Positions 9,438-20,188 are shown, counted from the first letter of the stretch. The stretch is DNA of 64,000 bases from an uncultured Chloroflexia bacterium (GCA_963707215.1 CAVPPB010000001.1:448001-512000); one strand, 5' to 3'. Notes: generated by a model not told the origin, from the sequence alone. A program made the numbers and translations.

Positions 9438-10144
9438 ATGGCTGCTCCAAGCGTCGCCCCCAAGCGCTGGCTCGTCCTCGCGACCGACGGCCCCGGACCC
9501 GCGTTGGCGGCCCACACGGCCGCGGAGGTCCTCCTCGTGGCCACGCCCGATGCGTTCGCGACAGCCCTCCGCGATGTTGCACCGACGGTCGCGGTGCTCA
9601 CCAGCCCGCCGGCCGATCGTGCCACGATCGAGCTTGCCCTGCGGGAGCGTGGCCGGCGAAACCGACTGCGGATCGTCCTCCTCGATCACCCGGGTGCGGT
9701 GGACGAACGACTGGCGGCCCTCGAGGCGGGCTTCGACGAGGCGTTCCCGACGTCGGTCCATCCACTGGAGCTCACGGCCAGGATCAGCCGAGTGTCCCGG
9801 GATCGCCGCCCGCCAGGTCCCGCGTCGTTCGAACTCGGCGGGAGGGTTCACGCTCGATCTGGCCGGCCAGGAGCTCCGGCGGGATGGCGTTCGCATCCAC
9901 CTGCGGCCCAAGGAGTACCGCCTCCTGGCAGTCCTGGCCGCGGACCCGGGTCGAGCGTATACCCGACAGCAGCTGCTCGATCGGGTCTGGGGTCGGGGCC
10001 ATCGTGGCGATCCCCGGACGGTCGACGTCCACGTCCGCTGGCTCCGCTCGAAGATCGAGGAGACCCCCGAGGAGCCCACGTCGGCTGATCACGGTCCGGG
10101 GGACCGGCTACCGGTTCGACCCGGCACCGTTAACGGACTCTTAA
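9438..10144 (+). CDS. Atypical OmpR/PhoB-family response regulator (degenerate receiver); 2 apparent frameshifts (~9840, ~10080)
   Basis: Joined frames give receiver-like ...ALEAGFDEAF... and wHTH LRPKEYRLL...TRQQLLDRVWG...RTVDVHVRWLRSKIEE...LITVRGTGYRF. Confidence 0.8.
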
Positions 10145-10167
10145 CCCGCCACACATCTGTCGTTGAA
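10129..10167 (+). promoter_or_regulatory. Candidate PHO box: 11-bp-period repeats upstream of pstS
   Basis: GTTAAC (10129), CTTAAC (10140), degenerate ACACAT (10151), GTTGAA (10162), spaced exactly 11 nt. Confidence 0.65.
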
Positions 10168-10246
10168 CCGCCCGGCGGACGCTTCGCTCCGCCTGGCGAA
10201 CCAGGCTCAGCGCCCGCATGGGCGCACCGAAACGGAGGAACCCTGC

Positions 10247-11256
10247 GTGACCATCACCGCAACGAAGCGCGTGACCGCCCTGATCCTGGGCGCCGCCTTC
10301 GTCGTCGCCGCCTGCGGCAGCAGCTCCACCCCGGCCCCTGATCGGTGGCTCGGGCGACGGCGGCTCGATCATCGTCTCCGGCAGCTCGACGGTCGAGCCC
10401 ATCTCGACCGGGGTCGCCGAGCTCTTCAAGGAGTCGAACCCCGACTTCCAGTACCAGATCGAGGGACCCGGGACCGGCGACGGCTTCAAGCGCTTCTGTG
10501 CCGGCGAAACCGACATCAGCGACGCCTCCCGTGCCATCAAGGAGGAGGAGGCCCAGGCCTGCGCCGACGCCGGGATCGAGTACGTCGAGCTCAAGATCGC
10601 CTACGACGGCCTCAGCGTCCTGACCAGCGTCGAGAACGACGCGATCGCCTGCCTCAGCTTCGCCGACATCTACGCCCTGGTCGGTCCCGAGTCACTGGGC
10701 TTCACCAGCTGGGCCGACGCCGCTGGCATCGCCGGGGAGCTCGGATCGCAGACCGAGTTCCCGGACGCCGACCTGACGATCACCGGCCCGGGCGAGGAGT
10801 CGGGGACCTTCGACAGCTTCGTCGAGCTGGTCCTGGCCGACATCGCCGAGGAGCGCGGCCAGGACGCCACCACCCGACCCGACTACACGCTCGAACGCCA
10901 ACGACAACGTGATCGTCGAGGGCATCACCGGCAGCCCGACCTCGCTCGGCTGGGTGGGCCTGGCCTTCGCCGAGGAGAACTCGGACGTCGTCAAGGAGAT
11001 CGCGATCTCCGAGGAGCCCAACGGCGAGTGCGTCGAGCCGAACGCCGAGACCGTCTCCGACGGCACCTACCCGATCTCCCGGCCGCTCTTCATCTACGTC
11101 AACACGGCCAGGGCCGCGGAGAACGAGGCGGTCAGCGCCTACGTCGACTTCTACCTTGCCGAGGGCACCATCGCGACCGTCCTCGAGACGGTCCCCTACG
11201 TCAACCTCCCGGCCGACGAGCTCGACGCGACGCGAGCGGCCTGGGACGGCCGCTGA
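10247..11256 (+). CDS. pstS: Phosphate ABC transporter substrate-binding lipoprotein; 2 apparent frameshifts (~10340, ~10890)
   Basis: GGAGG + GTG 10247, lipobox VAAC, SGSSTVEP, GTGDGFKRFCAGETDISDASR, SGTFDSF, YPISRPLFIYVN. Confidence 0.9.
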
Positions 11257-11275
11257 AGCTCCCTCCTCCTCTCGG

Positions 11276-11313
11276 GAGACCGGCCGGGCCAGCTCGGAGG
11301 CCCGGCCGGTCTC
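11276..11313 (+). terminator. 15-bp perfect hairpin between pstS and pstC (terminator or mRNA-stabilising stem)
   Basis: GAGACCGGCCGGGCC-agctcgga-GGCCCGGCCGGTCTC. Confidence 0.75.
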
Positions 11314-11346
11314 TCCGTCCATCGCTAGACTTCGATCTGATCGACG

Positions 11347-12286
11347 ATGACGACGCAGACGCACGAGCCCGACCACGCCGCCGCGCACGCTCGCGGGCAG
11401 TCGCTCCCTGCGCTCGCGGGAGCGGGCCATCGGGCGCTTCTTCTTCGCCAGCGCCCTCGTCTCGATCGCCGTCACCGCCTTCATCGTCTTCACCGTGGCC
11501 GAGCAGGCGGTCGAGTTCCTGCTGGCCATCGATCCATCCCAGCTGATCGCGGACGGCTGGTTCCCGCGGCGCGGGATGTTCGACATCGCGACGCTGCTCA
11601 TCGGCACCTTCATCGTCACGGCCATCGCGATGCTGATCGCCGGGCCGATCGGGCTGCTGTCGGCCATCTACCTCGCCGAGTACGCGAGCCCGCGGACCCG
11701 TGGCGTCGTCAAGCCGGTCCTCGAGATCCTGGCCGGCGTCCCCAGCGTCGTCCTGGGCTTCTTCGCGCTGACGTTCATCAACCCGACGCTCATCCAGACC
11801 TTCGTCCCGGGAGCCAAGGGCTTCAACCTCGCCTCCGCAGCCGTGGCCGTCGGGATCCTGACGATCCCGCTCATCGCCTCCATCTCCGAGGACGCGATGA
11901 AGGCCGTGCCGGCCTCCCTCCGCGAGGCCGCCTACGGCCTGGGGGCACGCCGGGTGGCGGTCGCGGCGCGGGTCGTCGTCCCGGCGGCGATCTCCGGGAT
12001 CGTCGCAGCGATGATCCTGGGACTGTCCCGGGCGGTCGGCGAGACGATGGTCGTGGCCATCGCCGCGGGCGCCTCCGGAGGCTCTCTGCGGTCCTGGAAC
12101 CCCTTCGAGCCCGGCCAGACCATGACGGCGGCCATGGCGTCCCTGGCGACGGGGTCCGACCAGGTCGTGGGCGACAACGCCGCCTTCCAGAGCCTCTTCT
12201 TCGTCGGGCTCCTGCTCTTCGCGATGACGCTTCTGCTCAACCTCATCGGCGACACCTTCGTCCGCCGGGTCCGCCAGAGCTACTGA
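11347..12286 (+). CDS. pstC: Phosphate ABC transporter permease PstC; apparent frameshift near 11362
   Basis: AIYLAEYA, EILAGVPSVVLG, EAAYGLGA, SRAVGETM. The in-frame hydrophobic N-terminus upstream of 11495 needs a frameshift after ATG 11347. Confidence 0.92.
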
Positions 12287-12294
12287 GGCACGAC

Positions 12295-13224
12295 ATGGCG
12301 AACCCCTCCGTCACGACCGTCGCCGTGCAGCGATCCCTGGCCGGGACCGGCCGCGACTGGGCCGGGACCCTGTTCGCCCTCCTGCTCCTGGGCGCGCTGC
12401 TCCTGACACTGGTCGTCCTGGTCGTCCTGATCGTCGACCAGCTGACCCGCGGGCTACCGGTCTTCCAGGAGCGAGGGTTCGACTTCCTGACCTCCGGCCT
12501 CTCGTCGAACCCGGCCAAGGCCGGCGTCGGGCAGGCCATCGTCGGTTCGCTGGTCATCGGCCTGCTCGTGGCGATCTTCTGCTTCCCGCTGGGGATCCTG
12601 ACCGCGGTCTACCTCGAGGAGTACGCTCCGGACAACGCCCTGACCCGGTTCATCAACGTCAACATCCGGAACCTGGCCGGGGTCCCGTCGATCGTCTACG
12701 GCCTGCTGGGCCTGACCGTCTTCGTGGCCCTGTTCGCGGCCCTGGGCTTCCCCAACAGCGGGCGGAACATCCTCGCCGGGGCCGTCACGCTGACCGCCCT
12801 GATCCTGCCCATCGTCATCATCACCTCGGCAGAGGCGCTGCGAGCCGTGCCGCAGTCGCTCCGCGAGGGCGGCTACGGGGTCGGCGCCTCGCGTTGGCAG
12901 GTGACCCGGCAGCTGGTGCTGCCGGCCGCCCGGCCCGGGATCCTCACGGGAACGATCCTCGCCCTGGCCCGGGCGCTGGGCGAGACCGCTCCGCTCCTGC
13001 TGGCCGGGGCCGTCCTGGGGAGCTTCTCGACCTCGGGATCGCTCGGCGACATCCTGACCGGGCCGTACACGGTCCTTCCGGTGACCGTCTACGACTGGTC
13101 CCGCAAGCCGCAGGAGGAGTTCCGGGAGCTGACGTCGGCGGCGATCCTGGTCCTCCTGGTGCTGACCCTCTCGTTCAACGCGCTGGCGATCCTCCTGCGC
13201 AACCGCTACCAGAAGCAGCTCTGA
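12295..13224 (+). CDS. pstA: Phosphate ABC transporter permease PstA
   Basis: [34 protein letters not shown]; ATG at 12295. Confidence 0.95.
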   Translation: MANPSVTTVAVQRSLAGTGRDWAGTLFALLLLGALLLTLVVLVVLIVDQLTRGLPVFQERGFDFLTSGLSSNPAKAGVGQAIVGSLVIGLLVAIFCFPLGILTAVYLEEYAPDNALTRFINVNIRNLAGVPSIVYGLLGLTVFVALFAALGFPNSGRNILAGAVTLTALILPIVIITSAEALRAVPQSLREGGYGVGASRWQVTRQLVLPAARPGILTGTILALARALGETAPLLLAGAVLGSFSTSGSLGDILTGPYTVLPVTVYDWSRKPQEEFRELTSAAILVLLVLTLSFNALAILLRNRYQKQL

Positions 13225-13273
13225 CCACGAGACCATGATGACCACCGAAGACCCGGGCCCGCAGGAGGACCCC

Positions 13274-14116
13274 ATGACCACCGAGACCACCACGCCGAGC
13301 ATCGACCTGACCCTCGCGGCGGCCGGCGTCACCAGCGAGACCATGTCATCGCTGCCGAGCGCCGTCGCCCTGCGGGACGTCTCCGTCTACTACGGCAGCT
13401 TCCGGGCCGTGAAGGAGGTCACGATCGACATCCCCCGGCAGCGGATCACCGCCTTCATCGGCCCGTCCGGCTGCGGCAAGTCGACGCTCCTGCGCTCGAT
13501 CAACCGGATGAACGACCTGATCCCGAGCGCCCGGGTCGAGGGGCACATGGTCTACCACGACGAGGACCTCTACGCCGACTACGTCGACCCGGTCGAGGTC
13601 CGGCGGCGGATCGGGATGGTCTTCCAGAAGCCCAACCCGTTCCCCAAGTCGATCTACGACAACGTCGCCTTCGGCCCCAGGGTGACGGGCTTCAAGGGCG
13701 ACATGAACGAGCTCGTCGAGTCGTGCCTCCGTCGGGCGGCGCTGTGGGACGAGGTCAAGGACAAGCTCCAGGAGTCCGGCCTGGCCCTCTCGGGCGGCCA
13801 GCAGCAGCGGCTGTGCATCGCCCGGGCGATCGCCACCGAGCCGGACATGATCCTGATGGACGAGCCATGCTCCGCGCTGGATCCGCGCTCCACGCTCCAG
13901 ATCGAGGAGCTGATGGCCGAGCTGAAGGAGAAGTACACGATCGTCATCGTCACCCACAACATGCAGCAGGCCGCACGCGCGTCCGACTTCACGATCTTCC
14001 TGACGATGGACGACGACCGGGCCGGCTACGTCGTGGAGCAGGGCGACACGATCGGGATCTTCACCAATCCCAGGAACAGGCTGACCGAGGACTACGTGTC
14101 CGGTCGGTTCGGCTGA
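13274..14116 (+). CDS. pstB: Phosphate ABC transporter ATP-binding protein
   Basis: [51 protein letters not shown]; AGGAGG before ATG 13274. Confidence 0.97.
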   Translation: MTTETTTPSIDLTLAAAGVTSETMSSLPSAVALRDVSVYYGSFRAVKEVTIDIPRQRITAFIGPSGCGKSTLLRSINRMNDLIPSARVEGHMVYHDEDLYADYVDPVEVRRRIGMVFQKPNPFPKSIYDNVAFGPRVTGFKGDMNELVESCLRRAALWDEVKDKLQESGLALSGGQQQRLCIARAIATEPDMILMDEPCSALDPRSTLQIEELMAELKEKYTIVIVTHNMQQAARASDFTIFLTMDDDRAGYVVEQGDTIGIFTNPRNRLTEDYVSGRFG

Positions 14117-14129
14117 GCGAGGTGCCGAG

Positions 14130-14912
14130 ATGACCGAGGAGCAGCAGCCGACCGAGCCCACGGCCGACGCCCGGGAGGTGCCGGAGGAGGTTCCCGAGGA
14201 GGTCGAGCGGCTCCTCCAGCGCGTCGAGGGTGACCGAGCCCTGCCGGTCGGCATCGTCCACCGCGACGTCCTGGACCGCGAGATCCGGTTCATCAAGGAC
14301 GCCATCCTGCGGATGGGCTCGCTCTGCGAGGACGCCATCCGGGGCGCCGCCGAGGCGCTCATCCGCCACGACGCCGACAAGGCGCTCGAGGTGATCCGTG
14401 GTGACGCCCTGGTCAACGAGGTCCAGGTCTCGATCACCCGGCTCGTCTCGGTCACGATCGCCACCCAGCAGCCGGTCGCCCGGGATCTCCGGCTGCTGTT
14501 GACCCTCGACCACGTCAGCTACGAGCTTGAGCGCGTCGGGGACCACGCGGCCTCGGTGGCGAAGGCGGTCATCAAGCTCTCGCCGGAGCCGCCCCTCGAG
14601 GGCTACGTCCACATGCCCGAGATGGCGGATCAGGCGGCAAAGGTCATCCACGGGGTCCTGCGGGCACTCGTCGAAGTCGACCCAGAGGCGGCCCGCGAGG
14701 CTGCCAGGCTCGACGACGAGATCGACACGCTGTACCACGCCACCTTCGACGAGACCGTCAAGCTGATGCGCCAGGACCCGGCCAACGTCGAGCGCGGCGC
14801 CCGGATCATCCTCGCGTCCCACTACCTCGAACGGATCGGCGATCGGGCGACGAACATCGCCGAGGACGTCGTCTTCCTGGCGACCGGCGAGGTCGAGGAC
14901 CTGAACCCCTGA
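14130..14912 (+). CDS. phoU: Phosphate signalling protein PhoU
   Basis: QQPVARDLR, ELERVGDHA, DDEIDTLY, LERIGDRATNIAE. Confidence 0.96.
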   Translation: MTEEQQPTEPTADAREVPEEVPEEVERLLQRVEGDRALPVGIVHRDVLDREIRFIKDAILRMGSLCEDAIRGAAEALIRHDADKALEVIRGDALVNEVQVSITRLVSVTIATQQPVARDLRLLLTLDHVSYELERVGDHAASVAKAVIKLSPEPPLEGYVHMPEMADQAAKVIHGVLRALVEVDPEAAREAARLDDEIDTLYHATFDETVKLMRQDPANVERGARIILASHYLERIGDRATNIAEDVVFLATGEVEDLNP

Positions 14913-14971
14913 CCGGGTGGCGGGCTCCGATCGCCCGCACCGAGGCGTTGCCAGCGGGGTAGCATCCCCGC

Positions 14972-15478
14972 ATGAGCACGGACCGCCTGAAGCTGCACCT
15001 CCTCCGACATGCCGACGCCGGCGACAGCGCCGCGTGGGTCGGCGACGATGCGGAGCGGCCCTTGTCGCGCAAGGGACGTCGCCAGTCCGAGCTGCTGGGC
15101 CGATTCCTGGCTGCGGGCGGCTTCCGGACCGACGCCATGATCACGTCGCCCCTGGTCCGTGCGGCCGAGACGGCCGAGCTGGTCGCGGCCGAGCTCGTGA
15201 CCCCGGTCCTGGTCGACGAGCGGCTGGGGTCCGGCTGCGGTCCGGACGAGTTCGTCGCCATCCTGGCCGATGCCGGCGACCCGGTCCGACCGGTCCTGGT
15301 CGGCCACGATCCGGACTTCAGCGAGCTGGCCTCGTGGCTGACCGGCACGGCGATCGACATGAAGAAGGGCTCCATGGCCAGGATCGACCTCGACGGGCCG
15401 CCCGGGCCGGGCAGCGGTCGGCTCCGCTGGCTGCTCCCCCCGGACCTGCTGGCCACCGATCCCAGCGAGCGCTCCTAG
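14972..15478 (+). CDS. sixA: SixA-like histidine phosphatase
   Basis: LLRHADA, D-x-ERPLS-x-KG, TSPLVRA-x-ET, LVGHDP. Confidence 0.88.
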   Translation: MSTDRLKLHLLRHADAGDSAAWVGDDAERPLSRKGRRQSELLGRFLAAGGFRTDAMITSPLVRAAETAELVAAELVTPVLVDERLGSGCGPDEFVAILADAGDPVRPVLVGHDPDFSELASWLTGTAIDMKKGSMARIDLDGPPGPGSGRLRWLLPPDLLATDPSERS

Positions 15479-16215
15479 CCCGCAGGCAGGGAGGCTCGAT
15501 CGTCGTCGGGGCCGCAGCCCATCTCGAGGGCGGCCCCCTCGACGCATAGAGCTGCCACGCCGAGGCTCGCCAGCCGGCGGGCGTCCGAGGTCCGACGGAC
15601 CGTCCAGCCGGCGACCTCGAGGCCGGCATCCCGGGCCAACCGCATCGAGCGCTCGTCGATCGCCGCCCAAGGCACCGAGACACCCGAGCAGCCGAGAGCG
15701 AGCGCCTGACCCACGGTCGCGCGGTCGAGCGCATCCGAGTTGAGCCAGCGGGCCCAGCCTGGAGCGAGGCCGGCGAGTCGCCCGAGGAGCGCTTCGTCGA
15801 ACGACGAGAGCGCCAGAGCCTCCGGGGGATCCCCGCGAACTGCACGGACGATCTCGACCGAGGCTGCGACCACGTCGTCCTTCAGCTCGACGTCCAGGAA
15901 GGCTGGAGCCGGCATGGCCGCCAGGGCCGCCTCCAGGGTCGGGACGCCGTGCGCGGCCAGCTCGGCGATCGTCATCCGGGCGGCGGTGGTCGCCACGCCC
16001 TGGACCCGACGGAGCGTCGCGTCGTGGAGCACGATCGGGGTGCCGTCGGCGGCGGTCCGGACGTCCAGCTCGACCCCGTCGCACGCTGGGACCGCCAGGG
16101 CCGCCCGGAAGGCGGCCAACGAGTTCTCCGGGACCGCGCGGTGATCGCCGCGGTGGGCCAGGAGGAGCGGCCGTGGCCGACCGCCGGGCGCCACTGCCCG
16201 CTCGATCGACGGCAC
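15475..16215 (-). CDS. Glycerophosphodiester phosphodiesterase
   Basis: AHRG...PENSLAAF, GVELDVR, VLHD, DVELK, WTV. Confidence 0.92.
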   Translation of the reverse strand: MPSIERAVAPGGRPRPLLLAHRGDHRAVPENSLAAFRAALAVPACDGVELDVRTAADGTPIVLHDATLRRVQGVATTAARMTIAELAAHGVPTLEAALAAMPAPAFLDVELKDDVVAASVEIVRAVRGDPPEALALSSFDEALLGRLAGLAPGWARWLNSDALDRATVGQALALGCSGVSVPWAAIDERSMRLARDAGLEVAGWTVRRTSDARRLASLGVAALCVEGAALEMGCGPDDDRASLPAG

Positions 16216-16216
16216 G

Positions 16217-16975
16217 TCAGCCGACCCGGAGGATCGCCGCGACACCCAGGTGGTCCGATGGGTAGAGGGTGGGATCGTGGACGGCCGGACGGTCGAAGAC
16301 CATGCGGGCGGACTCGACGGTCGCCGCGCCGCGGACCCAGATGTAGTCGAGGCAGCCGGGCAGGCCGGCGGTGTCCATGGCAGGGGCGACGAGTCCCGAC
16401 GGCCAGGTCGCCTCCGGTTCGGCGCCATTGGCTTCCGCGTGAGCAGAACGGAAGCCGGCGCCCTGCATCCGCACATGCGTCGGCTCCCCCGGTCGGGCGT
16501 TGAAGTCGCCGACGACGACCTGCGCGTCCGATGGAGGTGCGGCGTCGAGCCAGGCGACCAGGCGCTCGGCCTGCTGATCGCGGACCGCGTCGTGCTCGGG
16601 CCCGACGAGGTGATGGAGGTGGACGACGGCCACGAGGAGCCCTGCGCCGCCGGGCGGCTCGACCCGGGCCCGGATGGCCGCGCGCTGGACATCCAGGTCG
16701 AGGCGCTCGTCGGCCATCGGCGCCAGCGGCGCCCGAACGAGCAGGCTGTTGCCGTACTCGGGCCGCCCGGCCCAGCCGCGGACGATCCGGTACTGCCCAT
16801 CGCCGGCCGCCCCGACCAGCCGGTCCTGCTCCATCGGGTAGACGACCTCCTGGAGGCCGAGCAGGTCGGGCTGGAGCGCGGCCATGTCGGCGAGGATCAG
16901 GGGCAGCCGCTCCGCCCAGCGGTCGACGAAGTGGAGCAGGTTGAGCGTCGCGACGGTGACCCGGTCCACGATCAT
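16217..16975 (-). CDS. Endonuclease/exonuclease/phosphatase (EEP) family protein
   Basis: ATLNL, LQEV, YGN, HLH, GDFN, LDYI, SDH motifs. Confidence 0.92.
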   Translation of the reverse strand: MIVDRVTVATLNLLHFVDRWAERLPLILADMAALQPDLLGLQEVVYPMEQDRLVGAAGDGQYRIVRGWAGRPEYGNSLLVRAPLAPMADERLDLDVQRAAIRARVEPPGGAGLLVAVVHLHHLVGPEHDAVRDQQAERLVAWLDAAPPSDAQVVVGDFNARPGEPTHVRMQGAGFRSAHAEANGAEPEATWPSGLVAPAMDTAGLPGCLDYIWVRGAATVESARMVFDRPAVHDPTLYPSDHLGVAAILRVG

Positions 16976-18261
16976 GCCCCCCTCCCGGGTGCCGCCGGCT
17001 CGTGCTGGTCGCCGCGGGCTTCGGGATCGGCAGCGACCGGCAGCACCACCGTGAACGTCGACCCGATACCCTCGCCCGACTCGAGCTCGATCCGCCCGCC
17101 GTGCGCCTCGACGATATGGCGAGCGATCGCCAGTCCCAGGCCGGTCCCGCCGCCCCGGACGCGCGCCCGGTCGACCTTGTAGAAGCGTTCGAAGACGCGC
17201 GCCTGGGCCGCCGATGGGATCCCGATCCCGCGATCCTCGACCGCGATCGAGACCTCGTCGTCACGCTCCGCGACGTGGACCACGACCTGGCCGCCGTCGG
17301 GGCTGAACTTGATCGCGTTGTGGACGAGGTTGACGAGCACCTGGGCAAGCCGGGCCTCGTCACCGCGGACGGCTCGGACGGCGTCCGGGGCATCGACGTC
17401 CAGGCGCACGCCCTGGCGGTCGGCGAACACCCGCAGGCGGTCGGTCGCGGCCACCGACAGCGCGACCGGGTCGACGATGTCGAGCAAGTGGATCGGGCCA
17501 CCGGACTCGATCCGCGAGAGGTCGAGCATCTCGTTGACCATCTGGGCGAGGTTGCCCGTCTCCACCTCGATCTTGGCGACCCGGTCGCGGGTCCGCGGCT
17601 CGACACTGTCGCCGGCTGCGTCAAGGTCGCGCGCCAGCGTCTCGGCCAGGAGCCCGATGTTCGTGAGCGGCGTGCGAAGCTCGTGCGAGAGATTGTCGAT
17701 GAACTCCGCTCGGATCCGCTGGAGCCTGCGGAGCTCGGAGACATCCTCGAGGACCAGCCAGACACCGCCGGCCGGCGACCGCCGGGAGCGGACCCGCAGC
17801 TCACGCACCCCTTCATCGCGAACGGTGAGATCCTCGGAGAGCGAACCGACCTTGGGCGCGGACCGGACGAGGTCCTCGACGCGTCGGTCGAGGAAGATCT
17901 CCATGACCGTCCGGCCGGTCAGGCCCCCCTGTCTTGGACCCACGAGCATCGTCGCCGTCAGGTTCGCCTCGTCGACCACCAGGTCATCCGTGACATGGAT
18001 GACGCCGAACCCGCCTAGACCGGTGACGACCCGTCCCTCCGGCCCGAGCCTGGAGGTGTCGGCGTCCGCCGCGGGGATCTCCGGGTCACCACTGCCGGCA
18101 GGCATCGCGCCGGCGCTCGTCCGTTGGATCGGAGCGGAAGACCGCGTCGGCCGTTGGCTCGCTGCTCCGCTCGAACGGGCCCGTCGCGCACCGAGGAGGA
18201 AGCCGATCCCGAGCCCCGACACCAGCGCCACCGGGATGATGAAGACGACGAGTGGGTCCAC
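16972..18261 (-). CDS. phoR: PhoR-like sensor histidine kinase
   Basis: N-terminal TM helix, PAS-like region, SHELRTPLT, NLVHNAIKF, DRGIGI, FERFYKVDRAR, GTGLGLAI; GTG start inferred. Confidence 0.88.
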   Translation of the reverse strand: MDPLVVFIIPVALVSGLGIGFLLGARRARSSGAASQRPTRSSAPIQRTSAGAMPAGSGDPEIPAADADTSRLGPEGRVVTGLGGFGVIHVTDDLVVDEANLTATMLVGPRQGGLTGRTVMEIFLDRRVEDLVRSAPKVGSLSEDLTVRDEGVRELRVRSRRSPAGGVWLVLEDVSELRRLQRIRAEFIDNLSHELRTPLTNIGLLAETLARDLDAAGDSVEPRTRDRVAKIEVETGNLAQMVNEMLDLSRIESGGPIHLLDIVDPVALSVAATDRLRVFADRQGVRLDVDAPDAVRAVRGDEARLAQVLVNLVHNAIKFSPDGGQVVVHVAERDDEVSIAVEDRGIGIPSAAQARVFERFYKVDRARVRGGGTGLGLAIARHIVEAHGGRIELESGEGIGSTFTVVLPVAADPEARGDQHEPAAPGRGA

Positions 18262-18332
18262 GGGCCCATGGTCGCATGGGCCCGCCGGTCCCGGGTAGCG
18301 TCTGGTCCCGCGGGCCGCTCCCGGGACCGCGC

Positions 18333-20057
18333 TCAGGCGGTGGTGGCCGTCTCCGGAAAGCCGTCGCGGAGCATCGCCTCGACCTCGGCGATGGGGAGCT
18401 GGCCCCGTTCGCCGGTCCGGCGCTCGGTCACCTCGATCGAATCGGCGGCCAGCGACCGCGGACTCACGGTCAGGATCCAGGGCATGCCCAGGAGCTCGGC
18501 ATCGGTGAACTTCACCCCGGGCGACTCGGGTCGGTCGTCCCAGAGGAGCTCCCGTCCGGCCTCGAAGGCAAGGTCGTGGAGTCGCTGGGCCACCTCGAGG
18601 ACGCGCGGGTCCTTGTCGCTGCCGATCGAGACCAGGTGGGCCGCGTACGGCGCGATCTCGGCCGGCCAGGTGATGCCCTTCTCGTCGTGGTGGGCCTCGA
18701 CGACGCAGGCCAGGTTGCGCCCGAGCCCGATGCCGTACGAACCCATGACGATGGGGTGGCGCTCGCCGTCCTCGCCGAGGTAGTAGGCCCCCAGCGCTTC
18801 GGAGAAGTCGGTGCCGAGCTTGAAGATGTTGCCGACCTCGATCCCACGGCGGAGCTTCACCGGCGCTTCGCAGCGAGGACACGGGTCGCCCTCCCGGGCG
18901 CTCGCGATGTCGGCGACGAGGTCGGGCTCGTAGTCACGCGGGACGTTGACGTTCCGGACGTGCCAGCCCACGCGGTTGGCGCCGGCTACCAGGTTCGGTG
19001 AGCGCGCGACCAGGTCGTCGACGACGACCGTCGCGTCGCGGGCGGCCATCGGCGATCCGTAGCCTGGCTCCATGCCGTGCTCGCGGATCTCCTCGACCTG
19101 GGCCGGCCGGAGCTTGCCGGCGGGCGTCCGGAGGGCGTTGGCCAGCTTGGTCTCCCCGACCTCGAAGTCGCCGCGGACGATGGCGACCACGAACCGACCA
19201 TCGCCGGTCACGAAGAAGGTGGCCTTGGCGGTCCGGTCCTCGCCGACCCCCAGGAAGCGGGCGAGGTCGGCGATCGTATCGGTGCCGGGCGTCTCGACCT
19301 CCTCCATCGGCAGGGGTGCCTCGTCGGCGGGCTCGCGCTTGCCGACCACGGCGATCTGCTGGTTGTCGGCGTACCCGCAGGCGTCGCAGAGGACGAGGGT
19401 GTCCTCGCCGTACTCGTTGACGACCATGAACTCGTGGGCCCCGCTTCCGCCCATGACCCCGACGTCGGCCCCGACGGCGATGGCGTCGAGCCCGAGCCGC
19501 CGGAAGATCCGCTCGTAGGCCGCGTAGTGCTTGCGGTAGCTGACGTCCAGGCCGGCGTCATCGCGGTCGCAGCTGTACGAGTCCTTCATGACGAACTCGC
19601 GGACCCGGATGAGGCCGCCTCGCGAGCGAGGCTCGTCGCGGAACTTGGTCTGGAAGTGGTAGACGAGCAGGGGGAGCTGGCGGTAGGACTTGACGATGTC
19701 GCGGAGCAGCAGCGCGACGACCTCCTCGTGGGTGAACGCCAGGACGAGGTCGCGGTCGGCTCGATCCTTGAACCGGAGAAGCTCGGGTCCGATCTTCTGG
19801 TAGCGGCCGCTCTCGCGCCAGATCTCGGCCGGGTGGACGACCGGCATCTCCATCTCCTGGCAGCCGATGGCGTCGAGCTCCTCGCGGATGACCTGCTCGA
19901 TCCGCCTGGTCGCCCGGAAGCCGAGCGGCAGGAGCGTGTAGATCCCGGCCCCCAGCTGGCGAACGTAGCCGGCCCGGACGAGGAGGCGGTGGGATGGCAT
20001 CTCCGCGTCGGCGGGGTCGTCACGGAGGGAGGTGAAGAAGAGCTCGCTCACACGCAT
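18333..20057 (-). CDS. proS: Proline--tRNA ligase (bacterial type with editing domain)
   Basis: SHRLLVRAG, KFRDEPR, REFVMKDSYS, GIEVGNIFKLG, MGSYGIG. Confidence 0.97.
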   Translation of the reverse strand: MRVSELFFTSLRDDPADAEMPSHRLLVRAGYVRQLGAGIYTLLPLGFRATRRIEQVIREELDAIGCQEMEMPVVHPAEIWRESGRYQKIGPELLRFKDRADRDLVLAFTHEEVVALLLRDIVKSYRQLPLLVYHFQTKFRDEPRSRGGLIRVREFVMKDSYSCDRDDAGLDVSYRKHYAAYERIFRRLGLDAIAVGADVGVMGGSGAHEFMVVNEYGEDTLVLCDACGYADNQQIAVVGKREPADEAPLPMEEVETPGTDTIADLARFLGVGEDRTAKATFFVTGDGRFVVAIVRGDFEVGETKLANALRTPAGKLRPAQVEEIREHGMEPGYGSPMAARDATVVVDDLVARSPNLVAGANRVGWHVRNVNVPRDYEPDLVADIASAREGDPCPRCEAPVKLRRGIEVGNIFKLGTDFSEALGAYYLGEDGERHPIVMGSYGIGLGRNLACVVEAHHDEKGITWPAEIAPYAAHLVSIGSDKDPRVLEVAQRLHDLAFEAGRELLWDDRPESPGVKFTDAELLGMPWILTVSPRSLAADSIEVTERRTGERGQLPIAEVEAMLRDGFPETATTA

Positions 20058-20134
20058 GGCCCGAAGCATAGCCGGAGCGCCACGAGCCGCGCGGGGACGG
20101 CCGCGAGCGAGGCCCCCGGGGGCCGCCGCCACTC

Positions 20135-20151
20135 GTTAACATCGGATGAAC
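20135..20151 (+). promoter_or_regulatory. Candidate PHO box upstream of pit
   Basis: GTTAAC (20135) and ATGAAC (20146), 11-nt period, ~40 nt before the pit start. Confidence 0.55.
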
Positions 20152-20188
20152 GCCCCACCGCGCCCGCCGCGAGGTCCCCTGCCCACTC

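Noticed and set aside
11347-13224. 625-aa ORF giving PstA a long N-terminal extension
   Set aside because: The extension is the off-frame reading of pstC caused by the frameshift near 11362; pstA starts at 12295.
20058-20188. T-box leader for proS (or for gltX)
   Set aside because: No room and no T-box motif; both genes appear leaderless.
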